Positions 1-7,053 of a stretch of 55,772 nt of DNA are shown here, in pieces. This DNA comes from a virus (lineage: Duplodnaviria; Caudoviricetes). The stretch spans positions 1 to 55,772 of IMG/VR virus record IMGVR_UViG_3300031589_000003. One strand, 5' to 3'. Made by a program: the position numbers and the translations under genes. Under the pieces are notes generated by a model, which did not search any database, was not told the origin of the DNA, and worked only from the letters and a program-made list of their open reading frames with translations. How positions within the stretch are numbered: position 1 is the first letter of the stretch; every line of letters starts with the position of its first letter.

Positions 1-161
1 GAGTACTAGGGTCATCACCTACAAGTTGACCTTTAGCATTACGAGCACGTACTACTTCTGTCTCTACTATAGTAGTTTCCTCAGTTACAGTAACCATTGC
101 TTGATTAGATGCTGAACCTGCAGTAGAAGTAGTTAGACTAGGCATTACTTCACCAGCCATA
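1..161. repeat. Terminal overlap, left copy (matches 55614-55772); circularly permuted assembly
   Basis: Identical to the window end apart from one substitution and a 2-nt indel near the 3' end; an ORF reads through the junction. Confidence 0.95.
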
Positions 162-304
162 ATAGCTTCTACATGCTCATCTGCATACCATACGTCACCA
201 TAGGCAGCTTCACCAGCTACAGGGCCACCACTAGCGTCTAATACTTGACCATCAACAACAGTGTAGCCTGCAGCGTTTAGTTCTTTTTCTTTATTGTTAA
301 ACAT
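1..304 (-). CDS. Hypothetical protein, 5' part; continues across the junction into 55540-55613 (~125 aa total)
   Basis: Manual translation from ATG 304: MFNNKEKELNAAGYTVVDGQ...EVMPSLTT, joining the 55540..55758 ORF. Confidence 0.8.
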   Translation of the reverse strand, partial: MFNNKEKELNAAGYTVVDGQVLDASGGPVAGEAAYGDVWYADEHVEAIMAGEVMPSLTTSTAGSASNQAMVTVTEETTIVETEVVRARNAKGQLVGDDPST

Positions 305-308
305 TTAG

Positions 309-617
309 TTAAGTCCGTTTCTTTGATGGGGGGTTCGATGCACCACACATTAGGCCCCCCTTATTCATGAATCCCATTTTATTACGTACTGCTTTAGGTA
401 AGGATGCTGCGCCCTTGTTAGGAGCTTTAGTTAAGCCACCATCTTGCATAGCATTGCCAGCCATCATCATACCTTGGTTTTTCATATCTAAAGAATCACC
501 ATTTGCCTTGGATGGACCTGTATTAATTACAGAACCGCCCATGTTATACATGCCCTTCTTTACAGAGCCACCCATGTCGTACATGCTCTTCTTAGGTTTT
601 TTACTTCCGTAATTCAT
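309..617 (-). CDS. Small basic Met/Gly-rich protein with four [FYM]xxGG motifs
   Basis: YDMGG, YNMGG, MQDGG, MNKGG; GGAGAG RBS upstream; tight operon packing. Confidence 0.8.
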   Translation of the reverse strand: MNYGSKKPKKSMYDMGGSVKKGMYNMGGSVINTGPSKANGDSLDMKNQGMMMAGNAMQDGGLTKAPNKGAASLPKAVRNKMGFMNKGGLMCGASNPPSKKRT

Positions 618-629
618 TGTGTCTCTCTC

Positions 630-797
630 CTATTTCTTTATCTTAGCTTTAGCTGTTTTACTCAGGTCTTTAAAATGTACAACCTTCTTAGAAGACTTTG
701 ACATAGTAGCACCTGTCATAACTTTACCGTCAGGATGCTTATGGGTCTTACCCGTCCATTCCCTACCGTCAATAGTATAGTGTTTTACACCCTTCAT
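630..797 (-). CDS. Small basic hypothetical protein (55 aa; not in ORF track)
   Basis: MKGVKHYTIDGREWTGKTHKHPDGKVMTGATMSKSSKKVVHFKDLSKTAKAKIKK; ATGA overlap with the upstream gene. Confidence 0.75.
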   Translation of the reverse strand: MKGVKHYTIDGREWTGKTHKHPDGKVMTGATMSKSSKKVVHFKDLSKTAKAKIKK

Positions 798-1045
798 TTA
801 CTTACCTTCCTGTAGGTTTTGGTTTTGGCTGCAATTTTTTTAGGTTGAGCCACATGCTGCTTACCTGCCTTAGTGCCTTCTCGTTTAGCTCTGGTTGTAG
901 CGGCGTACTCAGAAGGAGTAAGAGACTTAATAGCCTTAGCAGGTAGATAACGCTCACCAGTTTTAGCGCTGGGCTTTCCACTCTTAGTACCCCACTTTTG
1001 ATTACCCCAAGCCTTTAAGCTCTTCTGTGACTTAGCTAATGCCAT
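794..1045 (-). CDS. Basic protein resembling the C-terminal half of DUF5872 proteins
   Basis: SQKSLKAWGNQKWGTK, GERYLP, AATTRAKR, GKQHV motifs; start moved to ATG 1045. Confidence 0.7.
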   Translation of the reverse strand: MALAKSQKSLKAWGNQKWGTKSGKPSAKTGERYLPAKAIKSLTPSEYAATTRAKREGTKAGKQHVAQPKKIAAKTKTYRKVSK

Positions 1046-1046
1046 A

Positions 1047-1121
1047 CTAACAGCAGTCACAACCTGTGTGGCACTTCTTATTCAGTAATGCACACAACAG
1101 TCGTTTAATATACTTTCTCAT
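1047..1121 (-). CDS. 24-aa Cys-rich micro-ORF (MRKYIKRLLCALLNKKCHTGCDCC)
   Basis: ATGA overlap with the upstream stop; ends 1 nt before the next ATG, exactly filling the gap. Confidence 0.55.
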   Translation of the reverse strand: MRKYIKRLLCALLNKKCHTGCDCC

Positions 1122-1294
1122 TTGTATCCGCCACCCTTTGCTTTATATTGCTTAGCTACCATTTGAGCCTTACGTGCAGACCACTGACCAGGCTTACCAC
1201 CCGAAGACCCCGCCTTTACAGAAGCTACAAGAGTCTTACGCATACTAGGCTTAGTGTAGTTACCCGCTGCGTTTACTGTAGATTTCTTAGCCAT
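1118..1294 (-). CDS. Basic protein resembling the N-terminal half of DUF5872 proteins (58 aa; not in ORF track)
   Basis: NYTKPSMRK...GGKPGQWSARKAQMVAKQYKAKGGGYK; GGGGAG RBS; TAATG coupling. Confidence 0.8.
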   Translation of the reverse strand: MAKKSTVNAAGNYTKPSMRKTLVASVKAGSSGGKPGQWSARKAQMVAKQYKAKGGGYK

Positions 1295-1506
1295 TAAGCA
1301 GGCTCCCCATTATACTTTAACTCAGCACAGTTAGGTTTTATACTTGCATGACTGTACGTAGCTCTAATCTTTAGTGCTTCATTTAAAACGTCTACTTGGC
1401 ATTCTTCTTCAGTGCTAAATACGTAGGGACTAGTAACAACGTCACAATGCTCAGATAGAGCACTCATACATACCATTATTATACCAAAGTATCCCATTAC
1501 TACCAC
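1294..1506 (-). CDS. Small putative exported Cys-containing protein
   Basis: Hydrophobic N-terminus and 4 Cys; fills the operon gap. Confidence 0.6.
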   Translation of the reverse strand: MVVMGYFGIIMVCMSALSEHCDVVTSPYVFSTEEECQVDVLNEALKIRATYSHASIKPNCAELKYNGEPA

Positions 1507-1778
1507 TTTACTTTATCCGCCCAATAAGCTGCACTCATCTTACCCTTAGCTATGTTCTTACCGTGCCTAGCCTTAAAACTCTTACGCTTAGCCTTCATGC
1601 GATCAGATTCACCCTCTTTAGGCTTTCCTGCTGTGGATGCTCCCTGCTCACCAAAGCGGATGAGCTTAATGGTTTCACCTTCTTTGGCAAGTACAGCGTG
1701 GGACTTACTAGGATGCTTAGGTGTACGCTTGGGTTTGTTGTAACCTGCAAATGTCTCACCTCTATACTCAATAGCCAT
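1500..1778 (-). CDS. Basic hypothetical protein (DUF5754-like)
   Basis: KLIRFGEQG...RKSFKARH...SAAYWADKVKW pattern. Confidence 0.7.
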   Translation of the reverse strand: MAIEYRGETFAGYNKPKRTPKHPSKSHAVLAKEGETIKLIRFGEQGASTAGKPKEGESDRMKAKRKSFKARHGKNIAKGKMSAAYWADKVKW

Positions 1779-2131
1779 TAGTTAGGTCCATTTCTACTCA
1801 TAATCTCACGACCATAGTATTCTAAAGTCTTCTCAGCTAAAGCTATACGTTGCTGTAATTCAGTAATACGGGATATAGTCTTAGTTAATGCATCTGCTTC
1901 TTCCCATAGATCTTCTATTTCTTCAAATGCACCATCAATGTAATCACTATTTTCTTGTACATCACGCTTAAGATTAACATTATCCTCAATAGCCATACGG
2001 CTACCTAGTTGTGATACAGTCTCTTCTAAGTTTGATATAATAGAAGCTTGTTGTGACACCCACCACACTCCACCTGCAAGCTGCACTGCCATAGCTACTA
2101 CAAGGGCTACAGGTAACTTAAGGTTTTCCAT
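1778..2131 (-). CDS. Membrane-anchored coiled-coil protein
   Basis: N-terminal TM segment (LPVALVVAMAVQLAGGVWWVS) followed by heptad repeats. Confidence 0.7.
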   Translation of the reverse strand: MENLKLPVALVVAMAVQLAGGVWWVSQQASIISNLEETVSQLGSRMAIEDNVNLKRDVQENSDYIDGAFEEIEDLWEEADALTKTISRITELQQRIALAEKTLEYYGREIMSRNGPN

Positions 2132-2136
2132 AGCTG

Positions 2137-2454
2137 TTATCGCTTTCCTGCGTTACTGTTACGGGGTATGCTTCTATTAGTACTAGCTTTCTGAACACGT
2201 AAGTTAGACTTAGCATTATTACGAGGATTACCGTCCTTGTGGTCTACATCCTTACCGTCACCCTTACTTACTGCTCCACCCTTCTCCATAGCATAACGTG
2301 CCTTCTTACGAGCACGGTTATCCGCCATACGCTTAGGAGACTTGTCATACTTACCTTCACCACTCATGGTGTAGTTACGCTTGCCAGCTGGCTTTTTCTT
2401 GCCCTTCTTAGGAGTCAGCATAGGGTCTCTTCCTGTTAGGTTCGAGTACGTCAC
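2137..2454 (-). CDS. Small basic HNH-motif protein
   Basis: KDVDHKDGNPRNNAKSNLRV...NRS; start uncertain (ATG near 2421 plausible). Confidence 0.7.
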   Translation of the reverse strand: MTYSNLTGRDPMLTPKKGKKKPAGKRNYTMSGEGKYDKSPKRMADNRARKKARYAMEKGGAVSKGDGKDVDHKDGNPRNNAKSNLRVQKASTNRSIPRNSNAGKR

Positions 2455-2668
2455 GCTTGTCTATCATACCCTCTAAGTACATAGCTCTCTCTACGTGATC
2501 TAAAGTATACTTAACTCCAGTGTCAGCTAAGATAGCCTCTCTTACATAGAATACATCAGACTTAGGAATGTGTATCTTTAGTAAGGCATTGTTATTCTTA
2601 GATGCCAGAGCATTATAGAAGTCCTCTAATACGGACTCACTTGGGTATAGTTGTATTCGTTTTTTCAT
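2408..2668 (-). CDS. Hypothetical protein at the head of the late operon
   Basis: Protein-like ORF; ATG 2668 preferred over TTG 2677. Confidence 0.65.
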   Translation of the reverse strand: MKKRIQLYPSESVLEDFYNALASKNNNALLKIHIPKSDVFYVREAILADTGVKYTLDHVERAMYLEGMIDKRDVLEPNRKRPYADS

Positions 2669-2677
2669 TAAAGTCAA
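2649..2677 (-). promoter_or_regulatory. Promoter TTGACT-N16-TACAACT
   Basis: Same geometry as four other copies. Confidence 0.55.
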
Positions 2678-2759
2678 GTACTAATGTTAAGGGGTGTGAG
2701 AAAAGTAGTATTACTAGGGGTTCTGTTATTACAGAAAGGAGAGAGGAGACAAGGAGTGA

Positions 2760-3035
2760 CACTTATAGTAACTACAGAAGCCCTAGTAATACTTAATAGT
2801 AACTACTTCCTTCATTATAACTACAAGGTTAGTAACTACTACAAATATTATAATAGACTATGTTTAACATACTGTCAATAACTATTTCAATGTAATTACA
2901 TAAATTACTATAACTACATAGTATTACTATATAGTAACTACTTATCTTATTTATAACTTGTATATGTTATTACTATTTAGTAGTTATTACTTTTTTATGT
3001 AGTTACTTAATAGTTTAACTACCACTACCACTACA
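2760..3035. repeat. AT-rich non-coding region with TAGTAACTAC repeats; candidate replication origin
   Basis: Copies at 2766, 2797, 2830, 2932, an inverted partial copy at 2999-3007, and TATAACTAC variants. Confidence 0.55.
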
Positions 3036-3038
3036 GTA

Positions 3039-3067
3039 AGTTATACTTATTCCGTAAACCGTGTCAA
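3039..3067 (-). promoter_or_regulatory. Promoter TTGACA-N16-TATAACT
   Basis: Exact motif, oriented toward the late operon. Confidence 0.7.
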
Positions 3068-3126
3068 CCCCTAATCGTATATTAGCTAGTTATTGTAACA
3101 ATTCGTGAACACAAAAGGCATGGGGG

Positions 3127-3903
3127 TCAGTCTAGTGGGTACACCTTATTGGACTTACTCATATTAACATAAGCGGGTAGAACTTGTAAGTTCCAGGGTA
3201 CATGTAACCCACAGACGTTTTCACCTCTAAGAGGGACTATATGGTCTACATGGTAGTCTTCACCAGTAAAGGATCTACAATCCCGCATATGCTCATATAT
3301 GTCTAATATCTGTTGCTTTTGCTCAGGGTTCAACCATTTAGGTGTAGCTTGTTTACTACGTTTATCACGTAAAGCTCTATCTCTTTTAGCTTTAGCTTTT
3401 CCTGCAGGGCTTTTCCTGTATAACTTAGCAGTATCCTGACCTTTTGGACTAGCTCTATGTTTAGCTTCCTTGTTGTTCTTACATGTTTTACATTCATGGC
3501 TAGGCGTTCTGTAAGTACTACCACTCTTACGCTTACGCTTGCGCATAGGGAACTGCGATAAGGGTAACTCTTCATTACAGTTGCCACATACCTGGACAGC
3601 TTTAGCCATGATATCCTTACGCTTTTGTTCTTGCCTCTCAAGTTCTTCTTTATGCCAAGCATCCCACTTAGCTTGGCCTAGCTGTTGCTTCTCTTCGGGA
3701 GATAGTTGCGGTTTACGTACACTACTCAGGTATTCCTCCCGATTTAAGCCTGTTGCAGAGCCTTTCTTTGCGTTGTACTGGTTTGTGTATTCTCTTCTGC
3801 AAGCCTTACACCTAGCTGTAGGTGTCTGTTCACCACTGGCTAAGCGAATCTTGTCAAACTCATGTAAGTCTTTAGTTTTACTGCATATGCTGCATTTCTT
3901 CAT
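3127..3903 (-). CDS. Free-standing HNH endonuclease with Zn-ribbon repeats (homing endonuclease-like)
   Basis: Four CxxC pairs; C-terminal YHVDHIVPL...GLHVPWNLQVL...NMSKSN; AAGGAGG RBS before ATG 3903. Confidence 0.85.
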   Translation of the reverse strand: MKKCSICSKTKDLHEFDKIRLASGEQTPTARCKACRREYTNQYNAKKGSATGLNREEYLSSVRKPQLSPEEKQQLGQAKWDAWHKEELERQEQKRKDIMAKAVQVCGNCNEELPLSQFPMRKRKRKSGSTYRTPSHECKTCKNNKEAKHRASPKGQDTAKLYRKSPAGKAKAKRDRALRDKRSKQATPKWLNPEQKQQILDIYEHMRDCRSFTGEDYHVDHIVPLRGENVCGLHVPWNLQVLPAYVNMSKSNKVYPLD

Positions 3904-3926
3904 GTTAGCCTCCTTGGTGTACGTAT

Positions 3927-3955
3927 AGTTATACCTATGTATATACATCTGTCAA
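3927..3955 (-). promoter_or_regulatory. Promoter TTGACA-N16-TATAACT
   Basis: Exact motif just upstream of the HNH gene RBS. Confidence 0.75.
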
Positions 3956-4508
3956 TAGGGGAGTGACTCATTGTAAAAAACCCGTGTGTGTATTTGTACA
4001 TATACGTATATCGTATACCCCCACCCTGGCCCCTGCCCGTACCCCTATAAGAGGTGACATATCGTTTTTCTAGGGTATTAATAGTGCTAAACTACTGTAA
4101 AGTAATACTTTTAATAGTGTTAGGTGAACCCTCTTTTGGCTAAGTTACTGTAATTGCTAGGTGTTTCCTGACAGTGAACGAAATAGCACTCACGATGCAT
4201 GTAATACACCCCTACCCCCCATTTGCGTTGCACACATATACCACCCCTAGAAAACCATGCCGCATTGCATAAAGGAATAGATACGCGCATGTAGTATATA
4301 CTCGCGAGGCAACAATTAGTTTATCTAACTAGATCAACACCTTAGATAAACTTAGCGCCAATCAATATCAAATGTTACAGCTATTCTTTAATGAAAACAT
4401 AAACTTAAACTATTTCCGTGATCATCTAAATTAATTATTGTGTTATTCAATTCATTCTGTGCATAGTGATTACATCGAAAGCGACAAGAGATAAACCGAA
4501 GCAGCGTA

Positions 4509-4520
4509 GCTCTTCAACAA
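4509..4520 (+). promoter_or_regulatory. boxA-like antitermination element (GCTCTTCAACAA)
   Basis: One mismatch to boxA GCTCTTTAACAA; at the start of the early arm. Confidence 0.55.
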
Positions 4521-4596
4521 GTCTCAGCGTCCTAACGGCGAACACGGTGCAAGGCCCTGAGAAATAAAGACTAAGACTAACGACTAAAAGATTTAC

Positions 4597-4626
4597 TTGA
4601 CTAACTAAACTAAATAATACTACGAT
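4597..4626 (+). promoter_or_regulatory. Early sigma70-type promoter TTGACT-N18-TACGAT
   Basis: Near-consensus -35/-10 with an A-rich upstream region, ahead of the early genes. Confidence 0.6.
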
Positions 4627-4640
4627 AAGACAACAAAACA

Positions 4641-4860
4641 GCCCTAGTTATCTGGATGGATGGCAGCAAGCGAATTAGCAGTCTAAGCAACTGCATAGTG
4701 ACGAAACCCGATTGTTACAGGCATGACAAAACCTGTGACATTGAGCAAGGGATGTAGGCACAAGGGATCACTGAAAGTGTGGTTTGAGAGTGGTGATATG
4801 AAACAATCCACCTACAGTGCTGGTTGCTTTGTAAAGACATCCAGGCCAAGGGTCACTATA
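4641..4860 (+). ncRNA. Putative large structured RNA (multibranch plus pseudoknot), family unknown
   Basis: Nested helices CTGGATG/CATCCAG, GCAGCAAGC/GCTGGTTGC, GCAGT/ACTGC, TGTTACAGG/CCTGTGACA, TGTAGG/CCTACA, and crossing ATAGTGAC/GTCACTAT. Confidence 0.6.
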
Positions 4861-4953
4861 GCTATGTCTTCACTAAGCAACAATAACGTCTGCTTAGCTT
4901 GGGTTTATCTCTACGGTGATATAAGCCTTAACCCTAAACATTTGGAGAATATC

Positions 4954-5220
4954 ATGTATAAAGTTGAAAAGAATGTACCAATGCCAAACGCAACTCGCAA
5001 TGGCGTTCCTTACTACAAATACCCTTTCTTCACAATGAATGTAGGTGATAGCTTTGCGGTGCCTGTTGATCCTACCACCACGTTGAATTACATTCGTGTG
5101 GCACATCGCCTATCAGCAGGTATCTGGCACCAAAGGAAGCGCAAGGATAATGATGGGCGTGACTTCTCAATCCGCACAGATAAAGTGAACCGCATTGTCA
5201 GGGTATGGCGCACAGCATAG
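4954..5220 (+). CDS. Early small protein of the KYPF..M.VGDSF...RVWR phage family, probably DNA-binding
   Basis: GGAG RBS before ATG 4954; motif recognition. Confidence 0.75.
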   Translation: MYKVEKNVPMPNATRNGVPYYKYPFFTMNVGDSFAVPVDPTTTLNYIRVAHRLSAGIWHQRKRKDNDGRDFSIRTDKVNRIVRVWRTA

Positions 5221-5265
5221 ACTACCTTGACAGATAGGCATTGAGGTGCCTATTCTCTAGATAGT
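5221..5265 (+). other. Intergenic long imperfect hairpin; possible RNase III site
   Basis: ATAGGCA/TGCCTAT core with extended flanking pairing and no U-tract. Confidence 0.4.
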
Positions 5266-5284
5266 TTAACTTAGGAGCGTAACA

Positions 5285-5899
5285 ATGTTTACAGATGTAC
5301 AAGATAGAAATATCCTAGCGCGTAACATTCTTAAGACGTATGGCCTAGCTACACGTAAAGAGAAGCTTGACGGGTTACGTTGGTACAAGAAAGCCAAGCG
5401 TGAATGCCGTGCTCTTGCTCTTGCTAAGGGTGTGACACTACGTCATTCAGTTGGTGTGGTTGCTGCTACTAGTCCAAACCTTAACTGGAACAAGAACGTC
5501 CACACAGCTGGACAAGTTATTGACGGGTATCAGCAAGGCTTAGACCATGAAGCTATTGAGGGATGCATGGCTTACAAGTCTAATCGCCTTAAGGGTTACA
5601 AGGTTATGCGTGATCCTAATCGTAGCCAAGCTATTCTTAAGACGCTGAACGGCCCTAAGATTAGTGCTTTCTTTGACAATATCATGGGTGGTGATAGCGT
5701 TACAGTGGACGGCCACGCAAGAAACATAGCGTATGGTGAGCGTGTGCAGCTTAAGTCTGACAAGGCTAACATTGGTGTGGCTGAATACAGAACACTAGCG
5801 CAAGCATATCGTGACGCTGCATCTATACTAAATATCAAAGCCTGTGACCTACAAGCTATCACTTGGGTAGCATGGCGCAGAATGCATGGGATCAAGTAA
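5285..5899 (+). CDS. HhH-GPD DNA glycosylase-fold-like early protein (DUF7178-like)
   Basis: WY...VAATSP...W..N; GPKISAF; VTVDGH; LQAITW motifs. Confidence 0.65.
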   Translation: MFTDVQDRNILARNILKTYGLATRKEKLDGLRWYKKAKRECRALALAKGVTLRHSVGVVAATSPNLNWNKNVHTAGQVIDGYQQGLDHEAIEGCMAYKSNRLKGYKVMRDPNRSQAILKTLNGPKISAFFDNIMGGDSVTVDGHARNIAYGERVQLKSDKANIGVAEYRTLAQAYRDAASILNIKACDLQAITWVAWRRMHGIK

Positions 5900-5900
5900 C

Positions 5901-6044
5901 ATGACAAATATACCACAGGATTGGGAAATTATAGAGCTATTCGATAGCACAAACTTGACGGTAGCACAGGTAGCAGCGCACTTTGGTGTCACTACCTACA
6001 TGGTGAAACGTGTCTTAATGGCACAAGATGATTGGAATGACTAA
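5901..6044 (+). CDS. Small helix-turn-helix protein (47 aa; not in ORF track)
   Basis: LTVAQVAAHFGVTTYMVKRVL; TAATG coupling to the next gene. Confidence 0.65.
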   Translation: MTNIPQDWEIIELFDSTNLTVAQVAAHFGVTTYMVKRVLMAQDDWND

Positions 6045-6268
6045 TGTTTATATGTATCGCAACAAAGCCCCTGAATGATCGCACTGATGGTTTCCGCTTT
6101 AATCTGTGTGGCTTCAAAGGATTGACACGCAAGCGCCAGAAAGTATCACGCTGGGGCTTAGCTAAGGGTAAGGCAATGCAAGCTTTGCACTTTGGCAAGC
6201 GCTCTATCTATATCGAAAAGAGTGTCAACAAAATCACATCACGCCGTGTGCGTCACTTTGCAGGGTAG
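6044..6268 (+). CDS. Basic hypothetical protein
   Basis: Coupled ORF in the early operon. Confidence 0.65.
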   Translation: MFICIATKPLNDRTDGFRFNLCGFKGLTRKRQKVSRWGLAKGKAMQALHFGKRSIYIEKSVNKITSRRVRHFAG

Positions 6269-6321
6269 ATAAGTTTTCTATCATACGGTGATATTCTAAC
6301 AGTAACAGTAGAGGTGCTATC

Positions 6322-7053
6322 ATGACTAAAGGTATTGTAATAAGTCTATATGACTTCACAGGTGAAGCACTGAAACCGTGGGCAGATGCTGGCTACACTT
6401 GCCACGCCTTTGACATTCAACATTCCCTCAGTGATCCAGAGGTGCAGACCTTTGATGGTGGCGGCAGTATAACATACAACTATGCTGACCTTCATGATCA
6501 CAACTGGTTGAACGCCATACAATCAGAGTTTGGTGACAAGCCTGTGGTGTTTGGCATGGCCTTCCCTGTCTGTACTGACATGGCTGTATCAGGTGCGGCA
6601 CACTTCAAGCGCAAGGCACAGGCCAACCCCTTCTTTCAGGCTGATGCAGTAGGACATGCGACAGCAGTGGCAAGGATGTTCAACGGCATGGCTATCCCTT
6701 ACTTCATAGAGAACCCTGTGTCAGTGTTAGCTACCATGTGGCGCAAGCCTGACTATCGTTTCCACCCCTATGAGTATGGCGGCTACATCCCTGACGATCA
6801 GATAGAGCACCCACGCTGGCCTGAGTACATCGCACCACGTGACGCCTACCCTAAGAAAACCTGTCTCTGGACTGGCGGCGGTTTCGTCATGCCAACTAAA
6901 GTGGCTGTGACAGTCAAGCAGGGCTATGCCAAGCAGCATCTAAAGCTTGGCGGTAAGTCACAGCGCACCAAAGACATACGCAGTGCCACACCCCGTGGCT
7001 TTGCCATAGCAGTCTATGAGTTTAATAGTATTGATGAAAAGGAGTACGCATAA
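6322..7053 (+). CDS. DNA (cytosine-5) methyltransferase, short phage type
   Basis: ISLYDFTG (motif I), AFPVCTD (motif IV-like catalytic Cys), IENP (motif VI), KKTCLW, RSATPRGFA. Confidence 0.8.
   Translation: MTKGIVISLYDFTGEALKPWADAGYTCHAFDIQHSLSDPEVQTFDGGGSITYNYADLHDHNWLNAIQSEFGDKPVVFGMAFPVCTDMAVSGAAHFKRKAQANPFFQADAVGHATAVARMFNGMAIPYFIENPVSVLATMWRKPDYRFHPYEYGGYIPDDQIEHPRWPEYIAPRDAYPKKTCLWTGGGFVMPTKVAVTVKQGYAKQHLKLGGKSQRTKDIRSATPRGFAIAVYEFNSIDEKEYA

Noticed and set aside
2684-2881. 65-aa + strand ORF (and 2602-2796)
   Set aside because: Low-complexity translation of the AT-rich repeat region, antisense to the late operon
4536-4562. Cobalamin riboswitch or tRNA (GGTGCAAGGCC loop)
   Set aside because: No B12-box or cloverleaf elements beyond the single T-loop-like hairpin
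4690-4710. Hammerhead ribozyme (GACGAAAC)
   Set aside because: No correctly placed CTGANGA core
4723-4953. N-terminal extension of the 165-aa ORF
   Set aside because: The good RBS and family motif begin at ATG 4954; the upstream part overlaps the structured RNA
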